A stretch of 55,894 nt of DNA, filler included, from Basidioascus undulatus (lineage: Eukaryota): NCBI GenBank assembly GCA_000826855.1. It is 3 parts of 3 records of this genome, joined end to end, with 100 filler letters (N's around TTAATTAATTAA, not from the genome) between each part and the next. Parts side by side here need not be neighbours in the genome. Positions count along the whole stretch, not along the records: positions 31,986 to 43,902 come from JTLS01000970.1; positions 44,003 to 55,894 come from JTLS01000971.1; 1 more part is not named here. The stretch is one strand, 5' to 3'. The translations under genes were made by a program, and so were the position numbers. Numbering within the stretch: position 1 is the stretch's first letter; each line of letters starts with the position of its first letter. The notes under the pieces are model-generated. The model worked only from the letters and a program-made list of their open reading frames with translations. It was not told the DNA's origin and searched no databases. Shown in pieces: positions 37,533 to 49,329 of this stretch.

Positions 37533-38298
37533 CTATCCTTCCGCCGCGGAAGCTCTACGACGCGTACGTAGCTGGTTGCTGCAGATCGAAAGGTAGGTGT
37601 TGCATTTCACTGGGTAGCGATCGTTAGGCCAGCTGTCGAATCGAACATGAGCCACCTGTAGCTCGACGAGGCTGAGAAACGAGCTCATGGGAAGATCAAG
37701 GCTCAGCGTGAGCTTTTGCAGGACGGCATCGCTCTTACGCGACCACTTCGTGAGCGTGCCGCTCAGGCCATCCACCATCGCGAGCTGGATCTCGTTTGCA
37801 GTGCTGTATTTCCAATTGTACTGCCCCATAATCACCGACGCTTCAGCGGGGCGCAAGGTTTTAAGCGTCTCGAAAAACAGCGCAGCAGAGCGTAGGGTCT
37901 CGAAGTAGTCAATGGTGATCTCGAGCTGGTGGACACCGGCACAGGCGCGCAGGATAGGGGGATCGTCTATTGGCTACAGGGCACCCTTATATGGAGTATT
38001 ATGCACCGAGCTCCCTGGTCTTCCGTGGTCCAATTGAAGAAACTGTCCCGCTGGGCGCGCATGTCGAGGCGCACATGTCGAGGCACAGGTGGCGAAAGAA
38101 GATGGACTCGACGATAGGCTGAAGAGCCTTGCAGATCAGTAGGCCTGTAACACGGCCTTCCGATGACCACGTATACGGATTTTGCGGGGAGGGGGGTGAA
38201 AGCCAGGAAGGGTACTTGATCCGGCGAGGACCAAGCGAGTACGCGAGACCGAGGATCTCGGTAAGGATTTCCAGTGGCAAATCGAGGAAGCCAGGCAT
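37533..38298 (-). pseudogene. F-box-like protein pseudogene
   Basis: MPGFLDLPLEILTEILGLA..LLICKALQPIVESIFFRHL; frame broken by a 14-bp tandem duplication at 38056-38083 and by later stops. Confidence 0.68.
38056..38083. repeat. 14-bp tandem duplication (13/14 identical)
   Basis: CGCGCATGTCGAGG followed by CGCACATGTCGAGG; shifts the reading frame of the F-box-like gene. Confidence 0.9.
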
Positions 38299-39324
38299 GA
38301 TGGAGTCTCTGGAATCTGGACGATCGGGCTGTTGGACCTCGATAGGTGGAGAAGAATGTGCAGGATAGTGTCGCAAGAGCTCGCCTTGGAGAGAGCAGAG
38401 CGCGAGAAAGCAGGTGTGTGCGTGTGGCGGTTCCGGTACAAGAGGCTCTGCGGGATCCGCGAGTGCTCCGCAAGCCTCTGTCCGTTGGTGGACCTGGAAT
38501 CTCGGATGGACATGGACAATTTGCCCACGAAACCTTGAGACAAACTGACTCTTTGCAAACAAGTGCATCGTGCAGTCATTCACATTATGACGTGTCTTTC
38601 AGCAGAAAATACGGCGCAGTGTCCTGGGCACCTCTTGTCACGGGCATAGCGGCTATTTGGAGGAATCCTAGTTTTTCTGTGCAGAACTGAGCCCATTGAA
38701 CGTTACTAACTGCGCAAGAGCCTGAAGAAGCACTGAACTTAGTCGAGCGCGTCACGAGAAGAGGGTGATCTCCCACAGCCTATCTCGGTGGCAATCGATT
38801 CTCCTATTCCCCCCATAGAAAGGAATGAGGACAACTTGCCTGTAACTTCCAAATATTTTGCGGTCTGTTTGTAGAAAACAAAGCCGAAACCGTCACAGTT
38901 CAGTACGCGGCACGACGCTGCGAACGTGCACCGCTTGACCTGCACCTGCACCGAAGCCGTAACAGGTTGAATAAACCCATTTCAGCCATATAAGGTATGC
39001 TTTGCTTACCGAGGCGGAATGCAGTGTCCACCTACCTTTACCGCTACGAGAGCAGCGGACTGTAACCGGAAGCTTGCCGGAAGCGGTATATGATAGGGTG
39101 CCGCAGGTGGAGATGGACTCGCCGCAAGTGTCAACCTCACATCCCAAGCAGAGAAAAGATCGATATAGGACATACACTCGTCACCAACTTCCATGCATCG
39201 GAAAGATTGCACCGATTGCAGTCTCCCCTCTTTCGGGCCGTTTGCGGCCCCGTAGGGCTCGCTATATATGCTGGCCTCCCCCTTCCCCATCTCCCCTCTC
39301 TTCACCCTTCAGTCCACCCTCAAA

Positions 39325-40984
39325 ATGCGCGGTCGGGACTTCTTTACCCTACCCCTCGCACTTCTACAGCTCTGCCGAGCTACAGCACAAGCGACACCCG
39401 TTGACCTCGGCTCGCGCGAGTGCGCGACCCTCTCCCTGCGGCGCGACTGGAAGACCTTCACTCGCCCCGAGAAGAAACATTACATCGATTCTGTCAAGTG
39501 TCTTATGAAGGCTCCGCCATTGAAGTTGAACGAGAGCTGGCCGACTCAATCGCGGTATGAGAGCTTCGTGTACGTGCATCAGGAGTCCGGACAGGACGTG
39601 CACCATGTTGCGGCTTTCTTTCCATGGCATCGCGTGTAAGTGGCTGGTCGCACGCTTCAACCGTTCATAGAAACATCAGGCTGATTTCAAAAATATCTGG
39701 CAGCTTCCTTTGGCTGTTCCATCGGCAACTGGAGATCGTGTGCCATTACCGTGGCGACATGCCCTGTAAGGTCACAACAAGTCCTAATACCTTGCAATGT
39801 GCTTGCTCACAAGAACATCTTTTTCATAAATTTTCCATATACTAGACTGGGCTTGGGACCAAGAGTGGGAAGACCTCTCGAAGAGTCACATATGGGATCC
39901 CGATCCGGAGATCGGATTTGGTACGCAAGGCGGGTACCAGGACGGAGAGGCGTTCAGTGAGTCGCAGTCACCTCAAACGCTGGTTTTGCTCGAAGATTGA
40001 CACAATAACTCTCTGTCAGATTCAACATTTGTGACCGATGGAGCTTTCGCGAACCACAGCATCACGTTCCCGTAAGTCACCTCCGCAAGCGCCACCGACA
40101 CAACACTCGCTCACTGACCTGTGTCGAATGTGGGACAGCTTCAACCACACTCTCGTACGAAATCTTCGCTCCTCGATGCAGCCAAGTATTCCACCTGTGT
40201 AGGATTTGGATGTCATCTCAGCTTCGGAACCGGACATCGCTGACAAGCCTACTTTATTCAGGAACGGCCTGTACTTCCAACACGCCTAGTATGCCCACCT
40301 CTTGAATTATCAGTTTAACTTCCTGGTTACTGATCTCTTGTATTCATTTCCCAGCAACCACACACGCTTAGATGAAATCCTTGGCTATGACAATTATGAG
40401 GAGTTTCGGGACTACTTCGAGGGCGCACCGCCTGCTGAACGTGGAGCACGCCTAGGACCTCGTGAGCACATCCAAAAACCAGCAAATTTAACAATATCGA
40501 GCTTAGGACTGAGCCTTTTTTTTCAGATGATGGTGTGCATATCGCCGTTGGAGGCGACTTGGCTTCTGGACAACGCGGTAGTGAGATTTTCGTCTCGCAA
40601 TCAATGCTGCGCTGCACCCGAGACTGACAGTCAGTGACCTCTTCTCAGACATTTCATCCCCCAATGACCCCATATTCTATCTTCGTGAGTCGAGCCTTTC
40701 TCCTTCCAACCGGTACAGTTCTAAAACCGGAACTTCCAGACCACGCCAACGTCGATCGGATCTGGGCGCTCTGGCAGTCGGTCGATCCCGGCAACCGGCT
40801 CATCGACTACGGCGGCCCAATCATGATCGAAGATCCCATCGCCGCCCGTATCGGCAACGCGACGCTGGAAGACGAGCTCTTGTTCCCAGGCCTGTCGCGG
40901 CCGTGGAGCGTGTGGGAGGCGATGGACACGACTAGGTGGCCTCTGTGCTATGATTATCTGACTCCGGGCAGGAGGCAGAAGTAA
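39325..40984 (+). CDS. Secreted tyrosinase-like di-copper protein
   Basis: Signal peptide; RRDW..YIDSVKCL; CuA His in YVHQ, DVHH, FFPWHR; CuB GPHDGVH and [22 protein letters not shown]; C-terminal LCYDY. Confidence 0.92.
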
Positions 40985-41375
40985 TCGTAGTTGAAGGGGT
41001 TTAGTCTCAGAATTTCTAGACGTAACGTTCATAGTTGTAGACTGTTTCTTTCGGATACATGGTCGTACCGTCAATGATCAAGCGATGCGATGCACGAAGA
41101 GCAGACTAGAGTAGTCGCAGCCGAAAGCAGGTCCACATTGATAGCAAGTAAAGGAGATCGTTACAGGAGAAGCACAAGACGTAGAAGCAATAATTGCTGA
41201 AAGGAAACGAAGCGTGCGTGTGCGTAAAATATAGAGATTGCGGATTAATGCGAGGGTCCTCCGTATCACGAATGGACAAATATAACACAACCGTCGTGAA
41301 GTAGAAGGGTATAGGGTTCGTAAAAAGCACAGTATGAAGTGGAAGTTTGCGTTAACAAACGTGCAGAGCAAGTTC

Positions 41376-43902
41376 TTATGCGAATATCGAGCCGGCCGCC
41401 TTGCCATTCCTCTCTGCCCGCTCCGCGCGCTCGAACTCGTACTCGCCCGGCGGGTAGCTAAACCGCGGACCCAATCAGCGATAACACGGTATACAGAAAC
41501 AAGGTAAGGACTCACTCGGTCACCTGCACGTGGCCCTTCTCATCGATGTACGCGCCCTCCGTCGTCGCCTGGACGTTCGCCCTGTTCAGGCGCGCGACCT
41601 GCTCCTCCGAGATGCCAAGGTCGTCGCGCGGCGCCCAGATGATGATCTGATCGTCCTTCATCGCGGGCGGGAGGAACGCGTCGTCGGACAGCATCTCATG
41701 GCCGCCCTGCGCGATGCCGCCGACGTCGCGGACGCGGTCAGGCGGGCCTGTGGGGTCGTCGAGCGCGCCGTTACCGCCAAAGTCGACGTCCGACGACGCC
41801 TGTGATGCGGGCTTGGCTGGCACGGGGGCGTTGTCACGGGAGGCGTAGTCGGTGGTCTGCACTGCGTTGCCATCGGGGAGCCCGTTCTTTGTGTCTGGCG
41901 GCGAGCTCTGGCCCGTGCTGAGCTTGGCGAGCGGGACGGAGTTGTCGCCCGAAGCGAGCTGGTATCGCTCGTCGCCCTCGATCTCGGCCACGGGCGTCTC
42001 GGTCTGGGAGAACGACTTGCCGGCGAGGGTGAGGGGCAGGGAGCGGATGAGCGGGCCGTACGAGTTGTTGATCATCATGTGGAAGAGAGCCTGGAGATCA
42101 AGTTTTCCCGATCAGTCAGTGTGAAATAGGGGGCCCGGGTGAGAAAGTGGGCGACGTACGGTGAAGACGATGAGGATGACCATCAGAATGCCTTGCGGCA
42201 GCGCAGCCTGCGACTTGTTCCCTGCGGGACCCTTACGGGCAAGGAAGAAAAGTGCGGCGAGACAGACTTGGCTGATGTACATGCCGACAAAGGTGTGCTG
42301 GATAGCCTTCGGGAAGAAGAGCCCGCCGGTGTCCGACGACCGGGGCATGTCGTAGACCTACGAAGCACAAATGCGCAGGCAAGGTAAGCCGAGGTGTTTG
42401 GGACTTCCACTGCTAAAGAGTAACGCACCCAGAGGAAGAGGTACTTGTAAGTGAAGTAGAAGAGGCAGAATGTCACGGTCGCGAGGCCGTTCATGACCGG
42501 CGCAATAACCGAGTATGCCAGGGCTGTGTGCGCGAGTGAGGAACGGTCAGTGATCAGGGCTGTAACGAGGCATGCACGTCTACGCACTGATGACGATCAG
42601 GAGAGTGATGTTAGGGAACAGGGTGCCCCAGGCGACGGCAGGCATGTCGTGGCGAATGTGGAAGACCGAGCGAGGGCTGTGACATCAAAGCGATGAAGTT
42701 GGTCACCCACAGCTTGCGACCCGCTCGACATCCAACAGACACGCACGTGGAGCCCAAGATCCAGAGCTTGATGTAGTAGATCGCCAGGCTGGCGATCTGG
42801 AGGAGCGCGCCAGAGGAGCCGGAAAGGCCTTGCAGAATAACGTAGGTAAGGAAGAAGATGCTCGCGCTGGGGAGGTTGTTGGCGAGGATGGTGGGGAAGG
42901 TGGTCGCATCGGCGTTGAGGAGAAGGGGGAGCGACGTTATGATACCGGACGCAAGCGTGACGATCAGGAAACCGTGCTGTGTGGGGACAAGGTACCGAGG
43001 ATTACGGGATTAGCGATTGCTGCAGTCTGCAAGTCGGCGAGGGAGAAACGCACGATGACGAGGAAGATAAAGTAACGCGTCATGAGCGACAGCTCGATGC
43101 CCGTTCGGCGGGGGATGCCCTCGAGCTGAGCAAACACTGGCGAATGCAGAGGGTGAGCCTGCGCTATCGCTTCGAAGTTGAAATGAGTCTTACATCGCAG
43201 AAAGATGGGGAGAAGTGCGAACAGCACCGCAAGGAGCACGGGCGGGAGGATACCGGAGATGATACCCTTGACAACGCCAGGGAGGTCGTCGAGCCACCCG
43301 AGCCACGAGTATTGCCGGGCCAGCGACGTGATGTTGGAGACAGCACCGACGAAGGCGACTGCGCAAGGACCGGGCATAAGCGTCTCCGTGGACAGACCTT
43401 GAGCGAAGAGGAGGGCCCATGGACGCACCGGGCAGTGCCCACAAGATGATCAAGCCCGCGGTGAGCCCGTAGGAGATGAGGCGCCGGACCTGGCGCTCGT
43501 ACGGGTTGATGCCGAGGTTGCTCCAGACGATGTCTGTGGGTCCAGATGAGCGCAGATGCGGGCTGCGACAATCAGCGTGTGTATGCGTACCGTCCGGACC
43601 GACTTCCGTGTGCTTCTCCGCCATGTGGTGCGGGGCATGGTGCGTGAGCGCCTGGGCGCAGAGGTGCGCCGCGATTTGCTGGTTGAAGAGGACGAAGCAG
43701 GAACCTATAGTTCCAAACTTGCGATCAGCCTATACGGTTCAGCTGTGAGGCCAAGAAACGCTACGCACTGAGCGGCGGGTACTTGTCCGGGTTGCTCGCG
43801 ACCTCCTTGCGCTCGGCGGGGATCTCCTCGTTGAGCTTGGCGATCACGTCCCTGCACCAGTCGATCGTGTCGACCTTCTCGCCGAAGAGGCCGAGTAAGC
43901 CG
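41376..43902 (-). CDS. CSC1/OSCA (DUF221; RSN1/PHM7-like) calcium-permeable channel, 3' part, truncated at the gap
   Basis: FVLFNQQIAAH, DIVWSNL, ILANNLPSASIFFLTY, WGTLFP, YSVIAP, DTGGLFFPKAIQH, IIIWAPRDDLGISE; last exon ends ..GSIFA* at 41376. Confidence 0.92.
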
Positions 43903-44002
43903 NNNNNNNNNNNNNNNNNNNNNNNNNNNNNNNNNNNNNNNNNNNNTTAATTAATTAANNNNNNNNNNNNNNNNNNNNNNNNNNNNNNNNNNNNNNNNNN
44001 NN
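43903..44002. other. Artificial contig spacer (44N + TTAATTAATTAA + 44N)
   Basis: Identical in design to the spacer at 31886-31985. Confidence 0.97.
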
Positions 44003-44453
44003 GGAGGTGTGGGGGGGCCTCTGGGAGGGCCCGTTAAGGTGATGGGGGGAGGAAGAGGAACGGCGCTTGGAGGAGGGCAAGAAGCTGCGGGACACGTGCG
44101 TATTTCACGTCATTTTCAGGGCAGATAACAGCCGTCTCAAGCGCAGTCTTCAATGCCCAAAACGACTATCTAACAATGTAATGTTGGTTATAGATTCAAG
44201 GAAGAGACGGCTCTTCAAAGACCGGTAAACGGCGGGAGAGGGTCAGGCAGACCGCACGGGGTGCTCAGAGGCACGATGCACGCGCCGTCATCGACGATTT
44301 ATTGTACTACCAACCCCTCTGTTTTTCCGGTATCTTCGGCACATGCAACGTAGAATCACGGAAAGAACGCCTTCCATACGTTGCCCGGTGTTCTAATCTT
44401 CCTTCACAGCGCTCTCAATCACCCTCTCTCCCCTCTACGCTCTCTCTTGGCCT

Positions 44454-46233
44454 TCACCGTCCCAAAGCGGCCAACGCCGCCATCTCCTCCTGCACCAGCT
44501 CCCCAACTCTGCGAAACCAGCAAAGCGACGTTCAGCCCAGGAAATAGGCCACCCAATCTCACGTGAACGAATGTAGGCTTACTCCCCAATGTGCCGAGCC
44601 ATCGTGATGCCCGCAGTTTCCCAGCACGCAATCTTCCTGTCTGCCGTCTCGGACTCCTCATACCAAACCGCGCCGGCATGTCCTGTTCCCAGCCATAGAG
44701 TTCTCAGCTCGAGCAAACGAGGAGAGAATGGTGGAGAGGCAGCGAAAAAAGGCTGGACCTACCATGTATCTTCCCCCGCTCCGCAGTCCGCCCTGCAATG
44801 AACCCCACGATTGGTTTGCGAGGGGCGGAAGGGTTCGCAGCGTAGTGCGCGAGCAGGACGGAGGCTGCTTCCTCCTCCACTGTGAAGCGCACCATCCACA
44901 CCGCGGGCAGACACAGTGAGCTCTCCGCGGAGTCGGAAGGGAACAAGATAGGGCACAACGACGCACTGTGTCCCCCGATCTCACCGACCAACACAATCCC
45001 TGTTCCCAGGAGCATCAGCCTCGGCAGCACAGTTCAGCGAGGAGGAAGGGATCTGCTTACCTTCCGTCGCCGGATCCTGCAACATCCACTCGAGCGCCTC
45101 CCATGTTCGCGTGCCCGGGAAGGGGTCTCCGCCCAGCCCAAACACGACGGACTGCCCGAGCCCGGCTTGCGAGGTCTGCGCGGCCAGCTCGTACGAAATG
45201 GTACCGGAGCGAGAGGCAATTCCTTTTCCCTCACCAAGAGTCTCAGCATACTTTTGAGAGGGAGAAGTGGGGGGAAGAAGGGAAGACGCACCGATCCGCC
45301 CAGGGGAGTGGACAGCAAGCGGCTGGATGCCGAGTTTGAAGCGGGCCTGTTCGGGTTGGGAGGCTCAGTCCAGCGAGTGGGCAGAGAAGAGGATGGAGAT
45401 GGCATACGGAGGGTATGATCATCCCTGGACAATTAGCGCCTACAAGCCTGGACTTTGATTGAGATCGGATAGCAGCTTGGACCTTTTCCGGTTCGCCCGC
45501 ACAGATCAACATCCCCTGCTCAGATTGAAAAGCAATGTAAATCGGACGCACCCGCAACTGATCATGGGTCGGAATGCCCTCTGCCACGCTCACGACAAGC
45601 GGGATCTCCGCCTCGACAGCCTCGATGATCGCGTCTGCGGCGAGCTTGGGCGGGACGAACACGGCCGTCGCGTACGGCTTGAAGTCGCGCACTGCCTGGC
45701 GGCCTCCTCATGCAAGTTCACTCTGTGATGCGCATTCCAGGGAAGACATGACGGAAGAGGGAAGGAAGGGCGAGCATCGGAAAGTCGGTCATAAACCGGT
45801 CGCTCGAGGAAGGTCGACCCCTTGCCTTTGCCGGGGGCGACGGCGCCGACGATGTTTGTGCCGAAATCGCGTGCGACAGAGTTATGGAAAAGGGACTGCA
45901 CATAATACACCCACACCAACACATCAGTTGCTCCTCCCCCGCCTTCACGTCTTCGAAATAAGACGGGTTGCCCACGGCCTTCCCAGTCCCTTGCACCAGC
46001 ACCGGCGCCCCTAGCTTCGCGCCCAGGTGCGGGATCGTCTTCTCGTACGGGCCGCGGATGACGGTGGGTAGGGGGGCGGAAGGGGCGGAGGTGGTGGTGG
46101 AATAGCTCCGGGATCTCGAGGAGGCAACTGTGCTTGGAACGTCAGCCGCAAGGGGTGGGGGGTGGAGGGTGGAGGTGAAGGCGAGCGTACGATGGCGCCC
46201 TCGCAGCCTGGTAACCGCACGGGATCGCAGCAT
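44454..46233 (-). CDS. Succinyl-CoA ligase alpha subunit-like protein (divergent paralog), mitochondrial presequence
   Basis: [10 protein letters not shown] presequence; [75 protein letters not shown], phospho-His motif GHAGA. Confidence 0.88.
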
Positions 46234-46826
46234 GGTTTTGGAGTTCTACACCTGCGTTCTACAGTCTGTGGGATTGAAGTATGCTAGAGCAATCCGAAGG
46301 TCGCGTTGAAGTTGTGAGTGGGGTGTCGGTGAAAGTGGTCAAGTAAGGCGAAGGGGCAGCTGCTGCCCCAGTGCCGACCCGGCGCGCCGGGCCGGTGCTA
46401 GCCGACAGCCGCCGCTTGCCGTTCGACGAATCCCTTTCCGCGTGATGCCTTTCGTCGCCTTGGGAGATTGTTCTTCTGTCTTTTTGACCACAAGGTGAGA
46501 AACGACACACCCCTCTAAGAACATAGACGACATAACACAGGTGGTCTAAGCACGGGCAGGAAGAATGCCTATGAGAAAACAACCCCAAGGCCCAATCACT
46601 ACTTCCGAGCGAAACCACACCTCGACCGTTCTGAAACTGGGCGGAGACGCTTTTCACAGTCACAGCGAACCTACAGTCACAGCGAACCGGGATTTGCTCA
46701 TTGTGAAGATACAGCCATCTAGCTCCCCTCGCTGTTATTTCCCCCATCACCTTCGCCCCCACCCTGGCGCCGACGCGAGCGCGACGACCGCCGGCCCTTG
46801 TCGCTACTGCTGGACTCTTTGGAAGA

Positions 46827-48043
46827 TTAGGCTTGCGTCTGTCGAAACACAGTCCCGGCAGATTAGCTTGTAATGCCTCAAAGGTCAAGGAGAAGACAAC
46901 GAGACTTACGAGTGCCTCCCGTGCGCCCTTGAGCTCGATGAGGCTCTTCAGCCAACCTGCGGTTTCACAACATGGAACGTCAAAGAGCGTACAAAGGTCT
47001 GCGGTGAGAATGGGAAAGCGTACCGTTCTCTTTGCGCAGACTCAAAGCCTCGTCGGACAAGTGCACCGCGGCCTTTTCAAGCTCTGCGACGCGATCCTCC
47101 AGCGTCTTCTCTCGTTGTTTCTTCCTCTCTCTGAACCTGGCTGCAAGCACGATTCTCTCCCTGGTTGAGCAACGCGACCGGCCGGAAGAATTAAAAAGGG
47201 GGAAAGGGACGCACCACTGGCTTCGGTATTCCTCCTCCGCTTATCGTCCAGGAACGAAGCACGATCAACAGGCAGGCCCGACGCGCCATTGCTGTCGCTC
47301 GAATCGCTCAGCGCCGCAGTCGACCCGCGACGCAACGGCGCCTTTCCCTTTCCCTTCCCCTTTCCCGAGCCCTTCGGATCACGCTCGCACGCGTCGGCGT
47401 CGCTCGCAGGCGTGGACGCGGACGCCGGGGGCGAAAAGGTCGCAGGTGAGATTGGGAAGCTGCCCGACAGAAGATGCGGCTGGGTGAAGTCGGTGAGGAA
47501 GGCGAGAGGCGGGGCGGGAGCGTTGAAAGGTGCTTGGGGAGGTGGGGGGTTTGGGGAAGGTAGCTGCGGGTCGAGTGGGGGCCACGAGAAGTCCGCGCTC
47601 GACGCGGTAGAAGGGTGGTTGGGGGCAGGCCCGGCGGGGACGGAGGAGGTATGGCACAGAAGCATGTCGGCTTCGTGCGTCGTCGGGAAAGGGTGGTGCC
47701 CGTGGTGGTAAGTCGGTGTGGGAGGTGCCGAGAGTGGGGAGGGCGCGCGGATGGGCGCGAAATGAGCGTAGAGGTTTGGCGATCCCGAAGGTGACGTCGA
47801 TCCGGCGGAAGCCGGCTCGTTGAGGTGTCGAAGATGGCGATGTGGGAGGGGATGCGGGTGATGTAGACCGCGGGTGTTGGGGCTTGAGGGAGGAGATTGT
47901 GTATCCGTCGGAGGAGGTCCGGCAAGGTGCTGGTGGTGGTATTCGTGGTCGTGATCGTAAAGATGTTGGGGGGGCGCGCCGAGGTCGATGTTACCGCTGC
48001 GCGAATGCGATAGCAGTTCACGCAGCAGCCAGTCCGCGGCCAT
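46827..48043 (-). CDS. bZIP transcription factor, MetR/Cys3/Met4-like basic region
   Basis: Spliced DDKRRRNTEASARFRERKKQRE..LEDRVAELE..LRKENGWLKSLI; His/Pro-rich N-terminus. Start and last exon are tentative. Confidence 0.85.
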
Positions 48044-49329
48044 AGCTGGTCGGTCTCCCGCTATTATATAGCCCGGATCCCAGCGCACAAGCTATCTCTG
48101 CGGACCCCGCTACCGAGTCGTAGCCGCGAGATCTGTCCCGCCGCATGAAGCATGTACTCCCCTGGTCAGCCTCGCGCAGACCGGTCCCTTCCCACACTTC
48201 CATCGAACGCACCAAGATCAGTGTAGCTCTACACAGTCCGCAAAGCCTACACGGCACGTTGCAACCTTCAACGGCCCACAAGCTCGCGCATAGCGAGCAG
48301 CGCCAGCACTCGCGCCAGCATACGATAGTGTGCAGGCCTGCGAAGCTTTGCGTGCTCGTTAACACGACCACCCCGTTCACGGCGGCGACGGCAATGATCG
48401 CGCAATCACTTTATTAGCGCGGTATACTGTCATGGTGCTTGTGGAGCGGTACAACTTGACCAAATGAGGAAATGCCGATTGGGCGCCGTGTGGGGGGAGA
48501 AGGAAGCGAAGCAGCCAACGAGCACGTCAGCGCCAGTCCCAATTGCACCATCAACCCCCACCCTCCTCTCGCCATATGCATCACAGAGCCTCACGCTCAT
48601 GACTGCGGATCACTGAGAGCACTCTATGAGGACCTACACTGGACTTGCGAAAAGAAGGCGCTCAAGCACTACAGCTCAACGTGAGCAGGAAAGTGGTGAA
48701 AATTTTCGGGCGCGCCCTCCCCTCCGAGCTCGTCGCTGCTTGAGAAAGTCTTCCAAGCATCCTATTGCATGAGCTGGACATCATCTTGCTTTCCACAACC
48801 CGAATAAGAGAAGCTTCTTGGAGCTGATATAAACTTGCGAAAATCCAAGTATCGGGCAGCGCTTTCAACCGGCCATGCCGCCTCCCTTCCTCCCCCCCGG
48901 AAAGGAAGTGCATGATATTATGATACACACAGATGCCTGATTTAAAACACAGCTTGACAGCGGCCAATCTCTATGATCGGAAAGAGCGCGGGCAAGCACG
49001 TCCGATTCTTGCTTGAGCATGCCTACCTGTCTGACAATGCCTGCGATTTGTTGCTTTTTGCGTGTCTCGTGTCTTCCATTGCCCACCCACTCGTTTCCGC
49101 ATGTTCAGTTAGTTGGCTCACCAAGCGGCCTGTATACTTTAATCTAGGCCCTGAGACCCAAGACTCTATGCAGCTCTGACTGTCATGTTGAGGAACGTGT
49201 TTGGAGCTGTTGAATTACTCACGCTCTATGGAGCTGCTGTTCCTCCTTGCCGACCCTACTCACTGTGCTTAAAGATCTTACTGATTAATAACACGTTTTC
49301 CTAGCTCAAGGGTTTATTTCGCCCTGTCC

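Noticed and set aside
44003..44100. Coding-like fragment at the contig start (EEEERRLEEGKKLRDT)
   Set aside because: Too short to assign; it does not visibly continue any gene truncated at the gaps.
47342..47365. (TTTCCC)n and the (CTGCGT)n tract at ~33682-33708
   Set aside because: Coding microsatellites (GKGKGK; QTQTQT) inside ordinary low-complexity protein regions.
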